From a virus (taxonomy: Duplodnaviria; Heunggongvirae; Uroviricota; Caudoviricetes): DNA of 18,722 bases. Position numbers and translations under genes: made by a program. This document shows, in pieces, positions 1 through 7,750 of the stretch. The stretch lies in IMG/VR virus record IMGVR_UViG_2778261064_000025; one strand, 5' to 3'. Under the pieces are notes generated by a model, which was given only the letters and a program-made list of their open reading frames with translations, had not been told where the DNA came from and searched no databases. Positions within the stretch are counted from its first letter, which is position 1. Each line of letters begins with the position of its first letter.

Positions 1-170
1 ATGATGCAACAGGACTGGCATTCCGCCGACATTATTGCGGTGCTGAAAAAGCGGGGAACGCCTCTGGCGGCACAGAGAAAAACTCATTGCGGAAGCGCTG
101 TAAATATCGCCAGAAATCATCTGGTCCTCAAGGTACTTTGATAGCAAAGGCAAGCTGGCTGGTTCAGTCC
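1..170 (+). pseudogene. Ner/Nlp(SfsB)-family DNA-binding protein gene remnant, frameshifted
   Basis: Frame-1 translation MMQQDWHSADIIAVLKKRGTPLAA matches the N-terminal signature of Ner/Nlp proteins as I recall it (DWH.ADII.GL.K.G). Frame 1 stops at 139-141; further Ner-like similarity appears only in shifted frames (frame 2 PEIIWSSRYFD, frame 3 GPQGTLIAKA). No search run. Confidence 0.4.
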
Positions 171-341
171 GGAGTCTCTCTTCTTGCACTTAAAGAGATG
201 GGAGGATGGGAAACTCTCAAAAAGGTTCAGAGATACGCTCACCTTTCAGCCGGGCATCTCACCGAGCACGCAAGCAAAATCGGCACGATCATAAGTCGCA
301 ATGGCACAAATACGGCACAGGAGGAAGCGTGGTGTATTTAA
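150..341 (+). pseudogene. Tyrosine integrase 3'-terminal fragment (lambdoid-type), no N-terminal domain
   Basis: Frame-3 translation SWLVQSGVSLLALKEMGGWETLKKVQRYAHLSAGHLTEHASKIG... carries the conserved C-terminal region of lambdoid tyrosine recombinases (GGW ... RYAHL with the catalytic Tyr). Upstream in the same frame there is no integrase-like sequence; it merges into the Ner-like remnant. Stop at 339-341. Confidence 0.6.
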
Positions 342-444
342 ATATGGGGTAACTACTTGATTTAAATGGTGCGATAATAGGAAAAAAACAAACAATAAAA
401 ATACATTGATATATAAAGATATTTTCACGTTACATCTTTGGAGA

Positions 445-466
445 TACCCCCAAAAGTACCCCCAAA
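445..466. repeat. Tandem direct repeat TACCCCCAAA x2 (445-454, 457-466)
   Basis: Read directly from the sequence; function unknown. Confidence 0.5.
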
Positions 467-594
467 CAATTTTCTCTCACCACCATTTGCACATAAAGCA
501 GCCATGTACAACTGGTAGTTGAACAGGCGGGTAGACCGTTCGTTCAGTAAATACCTGATATTTCCGCCAACGAGAAATTGCGTTGGCTGGCAGA

Positions 595-608
595 GTGCAA
601 ATTTGCAC
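595..608. repeat. Perfect 14-bp palindrome GTGCAAATTTGCAC
   Basis: Read directly from the sequence, in an AT-rich intergenic stretch downstream of the integrase fragment and of the PerC-like gene. Confidence 0.5.
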
Positions 609-724
609 GATGACCTAACCCATTGATTCTTTCGAAAACCTGCAATGCAGGAAGCCGGATAACACCATTTTTATAGCTCCGATCCCTTCAAAGTGAGGGG
701 TAATTTGCCAAAACAGAGAGAGCA

Positions 725-1012
725 TTACTGTCTCTGGCAATCTTTATCACGATAACGCCTGAAGTACCCTCTCGCTTCCTCATCCATACCAAGAGCCGAA
801 TGAGTCCGCTTAACTGCCTGTCTTAAATCTCCGAATCTGTCTGTAGTTGCTGGTGGGCGTGCCGCCTTACGGATACATTCAGAGCGTCTGTTTGCTGCAT
901 GTTCACGTTCTTTATCGCCATCTGCCAGCATCATGACTTCTGCCCATCGTGCGGCAGCTCTCCGGTATAGCCCTTTTGACTCCAGTTCTTCAGCTTTCCT
1001 GTCCCTTATCAT
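725..1012 (-). CDS. PerC-family transcriptional regulator-like protein (95 aa)
   Basis: ORF track 725..1012. The N-terminus MIRDRKAEELESKGLYRRAAARWAEVM resembles the PerC-family pattern (AE.LE..GL.RRAA.RW) as I recall it from prophage/island-encoded PerC/Pch homologues. Confidence 0.5.
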   Translation of the reverse strand: MIRDRKAEELESKGLYRRAAARWAEVMMLADGDKEREHAANRRSECIRKAARPPATTDRFGDLRQAVKRTHSALGMDEEARGYFRRYRDKDCQRQ

Positions 1013-1048
1013 TTCTGCCTCTCAGATTATATAGATAAGCAAAAAGGT

Positions 1049-1169
1049 GTTGGTTCAGTTGGTTCAGTTGGTTCAATTTGTAAAGATCGTTGTTTTTATT
1101 GTGTTTTTTCTGAAATATTGAACCAACATCAACTCATTTTGAACCAACACAGCCCAGCTCTGAACCAAC
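1049..1169. repeat. Iteron array L: GTTGGTTCA x3 in tandem (1049-1075) plus inverted TGAACCAAC x3 at 1119, 1140, 1161 (21-bp phasing)
   Basis: Counted directly in the sequence. The same 9-mer family recurs in mirrored arrangement at 9509-9619. Confidence 0.75.
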
Positions 1170-1222
1170 AACACAGCGATAGCTTTGTGATTGGTCCGTT
1201 ATTTTCTGGCTGATATTTGAGC

Positions 1223-1253
1223 GTATAACAGTGTTATACAGTGGTATACTGTA
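1223..1253. promoter_or_regulatory. Adjacent palindromes GTATAACA-G-TGTTATAC (1223-1239) and TACAGT-GGTAT-ACTGTA (1237-1253), candidate operator upstream of the 1272 gene
   Basis: Inverted repeats read from the sequence, 20-50 bp upstream of the ORF start. No clean -35/-10 could be assigned. Confidence 0.35.
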
Positions 1254-1271
1254 TGGATATTACTCACTGAT

Positions 1272-1712
1272 ATGGTCTTTGCAATGAGCAAATCTAATCT
1301 GGTCGCGTTCCGCATCCCATCTGAATTGCAGGATGAGTTTAATCGGTCTGTTCTCGCTTCTGGAGGGGATAAAACCTCCTGGCTTGTTGATGCGATTCGC
1401 ATGAAGCTGGGACAGCCGGAAAAGTCTATTGATTCACGAATGCTTGGGCTGGTGGAGCGCATGGAAAAAGCCGCTGCGTCGCTTATTGCCGGAAAGCCGA
1501 ACATCCCACCAAAGCCATATAACGAAACGGCAGTTATAAAGATCATTGCCGATACCATCCGACAGGGATTTGATAATGGGCGTGTGATAGCGGAACGGCT
1601 CAATGAAGCAGGCTACCAAACAAAAGCTGGTAAAGCGTGGGATAAAGACATTTACAGCGCGTGGAAGCGTCAGGGTAACAATATTAAAAGAATCAATACG
1701 CTGCTTCAGTAA
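1272..1712 (+). CDS. Hypothetical DNA-binding protein (146 aa), possible ribbon-helix-helix N-terminus; alternative start at 1284 (MSKSNL)
   Basis: ORF track. The N-terminal segment VAFRIPSELQDEF...SWLVDAIRMKLG looks like a beta-strand plus helices of CopG/Arc-type proteins. The C-terminal IAERLNEAGYQTKAGKAWDKDIYSAWKR resembles recombinase-domain HTH segments. No obvious Shine-Dalgarno. The antisense ORF 1199..1603 looks like low-complexity junk. Confidence 0.5.
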   Translation: MVFAMSKSNLVAFRIPSELQDEFNRSVLASGGDKTSWLVDAIRMKLGQPEKSIDSRMLGLVERMEKAAASLIAGKPNIPPKPYNETAVIKIIADTIRQGFDNGRVIAERLNEAGYQTKAGKAWDKDIYSAWKRQGNNIKRINTLLQ

Positions 1713-1741
1713 TTGATCAGTGTATAAATGATATTTATCGC

Positions 1742-2764
1742 TCAATCGCTCCCTTTCCGCCCTTCAGCTACAGGGTCGTTGTCGGCGATAACAAAACCTA
1801 AGTCCTGAGAGAATCTCTCTCGTGGGAATCCTTTAGCAGGTAAACCCATTGAATCATATCCACATCCGGGAACATTTGGTTTAGAGTCAATAAGGTCTGC
1901 AATTTGCCGAAGCCATGTTGATCCCGGACCAAGTCGTTTAACTAAGTACCAGATAATACAGATCGCGCTAAAAATCCTCTCGCAACTCTCTGGATGGAGA
2001 TTAAGTCCGTCAAAGTATTCATTATCCGGTACTGGAACTCGGGGATGCTTTCTATTCCATATTCTGGAATGGTGAGCGCAACGATTCCTTATGAGATTAA
2101 GGCACTTCAACCATTTTGCAAATGTCTGCTTATTATCAATGCCAAAACGACGTATAATTTTCCCCTGCATATGACCATTAAGCATCGCATAATATTTAGA
2201 CATCTGACCAAAATCCCAGGTCTCCACCGCCACCCAAAATGGAATCTCCTTGCCTTGGCTTCGATGCCATTCAATACAGTCATCTCTGCTTTCGTCTAAT
2301 TTTACTTTTTGCTTATACACCCAATGCTCGAAGGCAGATGAGAATTTTGGATTAATGTATTTTGATGACATGTAGGCAAGTGGATCATTGCGACCAACCT
2401 CATGCGCGATGACTGAACGAACATGAATCTCTATTCTTTCGATAGCATCAATCATCAAAAGACGCAGTTTTTTGTCAAAAAGATATAGATCGTACGTCTT
2501 CTCGAAACTGGTACCAGCAAGAAATCGGTCTGTTCTGTACGAAAGACCTTTATCTGTTGTCGCAATAATTCTTGATGGGTACCAAAAACCTGACAATCGA
2601 TAATATCCAACCTGCAACAGCTTACGTATCGCACGATTTCGATCATTGATAATCATGCCACGTTCAAGTAGCAATCCTAGCAATTCGTGATAGTCCTTAT
2701 GAGGCTTTGCGGCAATCATAGTGGCAAAACAAAAGATAATAAAAGGCCCGACCGTGAAACTCAC
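1742..2764 (-). CDS. Abi_2 family (AbiD/AbiF-like) abortive-infection protein; start uncertain (GTG at 2764 or ATG at 2719)
   Basis: ORF track 340 aa. Contains KPHKDYHELLGLLLERGMII...YYRLSGFWYP and RNRCAHHSRIWNR, matching the Abi_2 family signature as I recall it. Size fits AbiD/F proteins. Confidence 0.7.
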   Translation of the reverse strand: MSFTVGPFIIFCFATMIAAKPHKDYHELLGLLLERGMIINDRNRAIRKLLQVGYYRLSGFWYPSRIIATTDKGLSYRTDRFLAGTSFEKTYDLYLFDKKLRLLMIDAIERIEIHVRSVIAHEVGRNDPLAYMSSKYINPKFSSAFEHWVYKQKVKLDESRDDCIEWHRSQGKEIPFWVAVETWDFGQMSKYYAMLNGHMQGKIIRRFGIDNKQTFAKWLKCLNLIRNRCAHHSRIWNRKHPRVPVPDNEYFDGLNLHPESCERIFSAICIIWYLVKRLGPGSTWLRQIADLIDSKPNVPGCGYDSMGLPAKGFPRERFSQDLGFVIADNDPVAEGRKGSD

Positions 2765-2828
2765 ATGCCTGAAATCGGCGGCGGAGAAACAGAGGATCGG
2801 GCTCGGTTGCCTGTAACTCTATCCGAAG

Positions 2829-2931
2829 TTATCCACATGTCAATGCACAGTTACTTAGGAAACTAACATAGGTACTATCACCACTCACGAAAAACCACTA
2901 TATGTGGTTTTTATTCATATCGTTATCCACT
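2829..2931. promoter_or_regulatory. Two DnaA-box-like 9-mers (TTATCCACA 2829-2837; TTATCCACT 2923-2931) flanking a hairpin AAAACCAC-tatat-GTGGTTTT (2893-2913)
   Basis: First 9-mer matches the DnaA-box consensus TTATCCACA exactly, second has one mismatch. The hairpin is followed by a T-run. All read from the sequence; function inferred. Confidence 0.3.
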
Positions 2932-3096
2932 ACAGGCTGTGTCAATAACTTTTACCTATTAATTGGGTAATTTCTACATTTTCCTATGCTGGCTAGTTTC
3001 TCTACTGAAAAGTTGGCACTCCTTAATCGCTTTTCGGTTAATACTATCGGTTTTCATATTGCCAGCAGCATACGCCATCCGATAATTTCTATGCTA

Positions 3097-3475
3097 CGCG
3101 CGCGTACTTGTCGCAAAATATCAGGCAAAGGCCAGATTCAGAAAGTCGTGATAACCACCAGCACAACATGAGAGGTCATGTAACGCGATTTATCACACCA
3201 GATACATGTGATTAGTGTACCCGCATAAAACATCGTCATAGCGCGTCCTGTGCGCATATACGCCGATAATCAACACATCACCACCACTCTGACTTATGTA
3301 GAGAACAGTTTTATGGTACTCCCCTCCATCGTGCGCGTACTGGTCGGACGTAGTTGCAAAATTTTTTGCAACTGATACCCCTCGCGCGCGTACTTGTCTC
3401 GAAATTGGTGTTTTGCTGTGGCAGTGATATCAGAAAAATCTTCCTGTTTCACATAAAGCGGATATGCGCGTACTG
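3097..3475. repeat. Four direct copies of GCGCGTACT (3100-3108, 3333-3341, 3386-3394, 3466-3474); copies 1 and 3 extend to ~20 nt (CGCGCGCGTACTTGTC.C.AAAT)
   Basis: Read from the sequence. The motif falls in different codon phases of the overlapping ORFs, so it is conserved at DNA level rather than protein level. Confidence 0.55.
3353..3372. repeat. 20-bp AT-rich palindrome GTTGCAAAA-TT-TTTTGCAAC
   Basis: Perfect inverted repeat read from the sequence, lying between repeat copies 2 and 3. Confidence 0.5.
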
Positions 3476-3589
3476 TAACGGCCCCATCAACTGGGAGCGG
3501 ATTTGAAATCCCGACCCAAGCTATGTACCAAATGCCATGTCTTGGATATATGATGATTGCCATTCTAAACAACGCTAAAGGGGGTTGGT

Positions 3590-4204
3590 GTGAGCAGAAA
3601 AGATACTAAAGAATTGCTAACTATCTGCATGGTGTACTTTTCAATTTATTTTTGTGCATACATGATAGTCCCAGATGAGTTTGAACATGGCAGTATTATT
3701 TATTCCATAACATTCTATTTTTTAGAGCTAACACCAATTTTGGCTATCCTTTTGGCAATACATATTTATTTTTCCTTAAAAAAAGAATCGACTAATTGGG
3801 AGAAGGTATGGAGAGACAGAGGATTTCTAACATCACCTAAAGATGATGCATATGAGAGTGATTTTTCTGACTTTATAACAAACTACTACTCCAGCGAACA
3901 ATTCAAAAATAGACTGTCTGATGTTTGGGAAACAGCAATGTATTCCATAGGGATTATATTATTGATACTTACTGGTATTGCTCAATATGTTTTTAACATT
4001 GACTTATCATTAAATCCTGAAAATTTAATATCGCCATTGATTTTTGGTGAGATATTGATCTTCTCATTCGGAATTTTCTTGAGTGTTGTTCTCTGCTCAT
4101 TATGCAAGCTACTGACTAACAGGTATCCAGGTGAAGCAAGGAGAGCAAGAAAGGCAAATCCATATTATCTTTTATTTCCTAATGGAGACAGCAGAGATAT
4201 CTAA
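3590..4204 (+). CDS. AT-rich multi-pass membrane protein (204 aa), unknown function
   Basis: ORF track. GTG start preceded by GGGGG about 6 nt upstream. Several hydrophobic helices (e.g. LLTICMVYFSIYFCAYMIV, LTPILAILLAIHIYF, AMYSIGIILLILTGIAQYVF, ILIFSFGIFLSVVLCSLC). Visibly lower GC than flanking genes. Convergent with the 701-aa gene. Confidence 0.6.
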   Translation: MSRKDTKELLTICMVYFSIYFCAYMIVPDEFEHGSIIYSITFYFLELTPILAILLAIHIYFSLKKESTNWEKVWRDRGFLTSPKDDAYESDFSDFITNYYSSEQFKNRLSDVWETAMYSIGIILLILTGIAQYVFNIDLSLNPENLISPLIFGEILIFSFGIFLSVVLCSLCKLLTNRYPGEARRARKANPYYLLFPNGDSRDI

Positions 4205-4223
4205 GCCATCCATGGCTAACCAG

Positions 4224-6329
4224 TTATTGAGCTTCTTTTTGTGATGCCTGTGCGACTCTGGTGAGCGATTGTGTGACCGTACTGATCGCTCTGTCATATG
4301 CTGTGCTACCTTTTGGCGTATTTGCCAGACGTAACAAGGCATTTCGTATAACAGGGCTTTCGTATGCCTTCGCTGCTCCGCCTACGGCACCAGCAGCAGG
4401 AACAACAAACGCAGCCGTTTTTAGCATCCCCGCTAATACTGCTGCGTTTATGATGCCACCACCAACTAACAAACCATAAAGCTGCTGACCATTTAAGTTT
4501 TGAACGTTCGCTTTTGCCGCGTGTCTTGTATCGTTGAGGTATTTAATAACGCCGTCCAGTTCCTTTCCATGTACGCCTTTAAAGAAAGTTGCTGATTGCT
4601 TCCTGTTCCGGTGTAACGCATTAATAAACTTCTCAACACTGATATTTCCAGACGGATCAGTCGCCTTATCTACAGCATTCTGAACTATGGCTGCTCGTGC
4701 GTTTTGCCTACCATTGTCATCCAGAAGCCTGTAAAGCTGAGAACGTTCTGATGGGTTTTGGCTAAAAACGAGTTTTGTTACATCCTCAGGCGTGGCCTTG
4801 CCGCTGGCTATTGCCTTTTGAACGCGCGTTCTTCCCATCATGTCATTAAATTTAGACCATGAGCGATCAACCCTTGCCATATTAATGGCTTCGTCTGCTC
4901 CAAGATTTTTGGCTACGGCTTTTTTCATATCCGCCGTATATGCCTTGTAGATAATATCGCTGGCTTTCTGGAGCGTATCTTTATCAACAGTGTCAGATGA
5001 CGCCATAAATCGCTTTCGAAGATCGGTTCTGTTTTCCCTCGCCAGACGCAGGTCATTTGGTCCGCTGGTGATATCGTCTTTAAATTGCTGCAAGACTTTT
5101 ACCGCGGCTCTATCCTGAGATTTGCCCGGGCGGCTTAACACGGCAATCTGATTGTCGATAGCTTTTACCGTGTTTGAGAGATCGACAGGGGTATCCCCCA
5201 TAGCGTCAATTATGCGGTTATATCGCTTTCCTGCTGCCTCAATGAATTTTTGTTGCCCTTTAGTCGCAGATTCATAAAGCTGTTTATCAGAAATGCCACC
5301 CAGACCATCGCTAAATGTTCTGACTAAATTTTCTCGTGCTTGTTGTTGATTCAGCCGATTCTTACCGGTTCCAAAAAAAGGAACTCTTTCGCCTAATGTC
5401 TGAGCCTGACTCTGCATAAAGGTTTTATCTTTTAGCATGTCACTGGTCATTAACGGCAGATTTCTTTCCGATGCAAAGTCGACAGCAGCCTTTGCTTCAG
5501 GCGACATATCACCACGAACAGCCCTCGAAACCGCACTCGCTGTATTTTCCAGCCCCTTACCAATACCACCAATGCCAGCAGAAATTACCGTTTGTAACGG
5601 ATCAATATCTTCTCCACCAGCAAGGCTAGTGGCTCCCTGTAGTGCTAAATCTGTAGCTGCTGATTTTCCTATGGCACCAAGCACCGTTCCAGCCCTGCCC
5701 GCTGGTGTAAACGCCAGCGCATTAGCCAGAAACGATGCCACGTCTTGCGGCGATAAACCCGGCTTGTTCAGAGCATAATCACCGGATGGCAGGGAAACGA
5801 TAGTGTTACCCTTCTCATCCTGCCTTAATTTCGCTCCCATGCTCTGAAGAATCTTTTCCTGAGATGCGTCAGAGCCGAAAAGTTGAGACCATCGAGCTTT
5901 TAGAGCATCCATGCTGAGTGAGGTTAACTCTGGGGCAAGGTCGACATTTTGCAGTCTCTCCATCTCTGGAGTCATTCGGCTTTCGCCTGTTATAGCATCG
6001 CGCATCGCAGCCCCAAGACTGGCTCCCTGTTCTGCTGAACGCTCAAGCCCCTCTCTTTGCTGAGTAGCTAACTTTGCATACCCTGACGCAAGAGAATTAT
6101 CAGATGATGTATGTTGAATATTTTGAGTTGCTGATTGGGATCGGTCTATTTCATTCGTTGATGGTAGTGGATAGGCAGCATAAAAAGCCTGCTTAGCCTG
6201 CTCTACACTTTCTCCGGCTTGCGGGGCCACGACTTCATTGAAGTATTGCTCCTGAGCCTGCGCTTTTTGTTCTGGTGCTAACGCCTGATACTGTGGAGAG
6301 GCGATAACATCTTTCCATGCTTTAGCCAT
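4224..6329 (-). CDS. Putative DNA-ejection (injection) protein, P22 gp16-like by size and position (701 aa)
   Basis: ORF track. Last gene of a four-gene translationally coupled operon (TAATG overlap at 6329). Ala/Gln-rich with a Gly-rich hydrophobic segment near the C-terminus (LYGLLVGGGIINAAVLAGML...). Assignment is by analogy to the P22 14-7-20-16 order; no search run. Confidence 0.5.
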   Translation of the reverse strand: MAKAWKDVIASPQYQALAPEQKAQAQEQYFNEVVAPQAGESVEQAKQAFYAAYPLPSTNEIDRSQSATQNIQHTSSDNSLASGYAKLATQQREGLERSAEQGASLGAAMRDAITGESRMTPEMERLQNVDLAPELTSLSMDALKARWSQLFGSDASQEKILQSMGAKLRQDEKGNTIVSLPSGDYALNKPGLSPQDVASFLANALAFTPAGRAGTVLGAIGKSAATDLALQGATSLAGGEDIDPLQTVISAGIGGIGKGLENTASAVSRAVRGDMSPEAKAAVDFASERNLPLMTSDMLKDKTFMQSQAQTLGERVPFFGTGKNRLNQQQARENLVRTFSDGLGGISDKQLYESATKGQQKFIEAAGKRYNRIIDAMGDTPVDLSNTVKAIDNQIAVLSRPGKSQDRAAVKVLQQFKDDITSGPNDLRLARENRTDLRKRFMASSDTVDKDTLQKASDIIYKAYTADMKKAVAKNLGADEAINMARVDRSWSKFNDMMGRTRVQKAIASGKATPEDVTKLVFSQNPSERSQLYRLLDDNGRQNARAAIVQNAVDKATDPSGNISVEKFINALHRNRKQSATFFKGVHGKELDGVIKYLNDTRHAAKANVQNLNGQQLYGLLVGGGIINAAVLAGMLKTAAFVVPAAGAVGGAAKAYESPVIRNALLRLANTPKGSTAYDRAISTVTQSLTRVAQASQKEAQ

Positions 6330-7750
6330 TAATCACCCCATAGTGAAGAAAAGTTACTGCTGGCTGCTGGCTGTGATACCTGCTCAGATTGCGGCAATGT
6401 CTGCGACGAAGAAGAAGTTCCTCTGTCAACTGCTGAAATAACCCGCAAAGCATCATAAGCTCGACCAGAAGCAGCTTTCAGCGAATTGAACTGGTTTTCC
6501 ATCTTCCGGCGCTTGGTATCAATGGTTTTTGTGGAATCACCAGGCTGAGGGAAATACATTTGATAATATTTGGACATTTCAGCTGGTACGATGGCTGCCC
6601 CTGTTTCCTGACGGAGTATTGCCATTATTGCGTCATTAGCATTAACAACGTATTGCTGTTCTGTTGGGCTGAGCGTTAAGTTAGCCAGCGTCCCATTACC
6701 CAAAGCATTATTAATGATCGCCACTCGCTGTGGGCTAAGCTGGTCTTTCAGTGTATCTATTGAATCAAGAGCATCCCTAACCCTGTATGCAAATCCAGCA
6801 GCTTTTTTAGCCCCTTCTGGCGACTTTTCCATGATCTTTTGGGCTGTTGGCAAAGCTATTGGACGAAACCCATCTCCAGATATTGGCTGGTTTAGTTTTC
6901 CCTGCTCTTCACTTCCGTCTGTGTAGTATTTTGTGACAGTGCCATCATCGTTTTCTCTAACACTCATTAATTTTTTGGCGTTTGTATTAATTCCAGCCGC
7001 TGCCGCAAATGCCGCCGCCCCCTCTGGATCCGCCTTTAACATTTGAGCGTACTGATTGTAATTCTGCATTGCTGCTGTTGGTGCATATGCTGACGTTAAC
7101 GCATTTGCTCGGCTAATATCCTGCCCTCTCGCCTGAAGTGCTTCGCCAGCCTGATTGCTGCGGATTGTTTCTGCCAACTTGCCACGCTCAATATCCCGAC
7201 CTTCCATTTGATCTTTGATATCGAAATACTTCTCATGACCGAGAGAAAACAGTGCCATACTACCAGCAAGCCGCTGGAACCCCTGTGGATCATTAACATG
7301 CATTTCGGCAACAGACTCAGGAGAAATTCCCAAGCGACGCATTTCATCTTCGTTATCTGCTATGAATTTTCCAAATGCCCCAGTTCCGAGCGAAGATGCG
7401 ATTTGAGCACTAGTCGCAAGATGACCAATAGAATTTCTCTGGTCGTCATCAATAAAGCCCATCCCTTTCTGAACGCTTTCAAATTCTTCTGGATACTCAG
7501 AAATAAGACTGCGCATTTTGTTTCTGTCTCCAGACTCAAAAGCCCCGGCATATGCTTTCTGAAACTCTGCTTTACGCTGTTGTTGACGTGCCGGCTGATT
7601 AATCTCAGCAACGCCTCTTAGCCCCTGTAGCGCCATTAAACCTACGTTTGGCTGCTGCTGATACTGCACAGGCTGAGGAACGGAAGAACGAGGAGCATTA
7701 TCATTTTGCGGTGCCATGCTAGGCAGCCCGCCAAGTTGCCATGTCGCCAT
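6329..7750 (-). CDS. Putative DNA-ejection protein, P22 gp20-like by size and position (473 aa)
   Basis: ORF track. TAATG start/stop overlaps at both ends. 473 aa compared with ~471 aa for P22 gp20 as I recall it. Gln-rich N-terminus. Confidence 0.5.
   Translation of the reverse strand: MATWQLGGLPSMAPQNDNAPRSSVPQPVQYQQQPNVGLMALQGLRGVAEINQPARQQQRKAEFQKAYAGAFESGDRNKMRSLISEYPEEFESVQKGMGFIDDDQRNSIGHLATSAQIASSLGTGAFGKFIADNEDEMRRLGISPESVAEMHVNDPQGFQRLAGSMALFSLGHEKYFDIKDQMEGRDIERGKLAETIRSNQAGEALQARGQDISRANALTSAYAPTAAMQNYNQYAQMLKADPEGAAAFAAAAGINTNAKKLMSVRENDDGTVTKYYTDGSEEQGKLNQPISGDGFRPIALPTAQKIMEKSPEGAKKAAGFAYRVRDALDSIDTLKDQLSPQRVAIINNALGNGTLANLTLSPTEQQYVVNANDAIMAILRQETGAAIVPAEMSKYYQMYFPQPGDSTKTIDTKRRKMENQFNSLKAASGRAYDALRVISAVDRGTSSSSQTLPQSEQVSQPAASSNFSSLWGD

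Noticed and set aside
1199-1603. 134-aa minus-strand ORF overlapping the 1272..1712 gene
   Set aside because: Antisense shadow of the more protein-like plus-strand ORF; translation is low-complexity with no start context.
1994-2299. 101-aa plus-strand ORF inside the Abi_2 gene
   Set aside because: Lies entirely antisense within a gene that has clear family motifs.
2986-3572. ORFs 2986..3171 (+) and 3294..3572 (-) in the long intergenic region
   Set aside because: They contain the GCGCGTACT DNA repeat in inconsistent codon phases and have no RBS; more likely non-coding. Not fully excluded.
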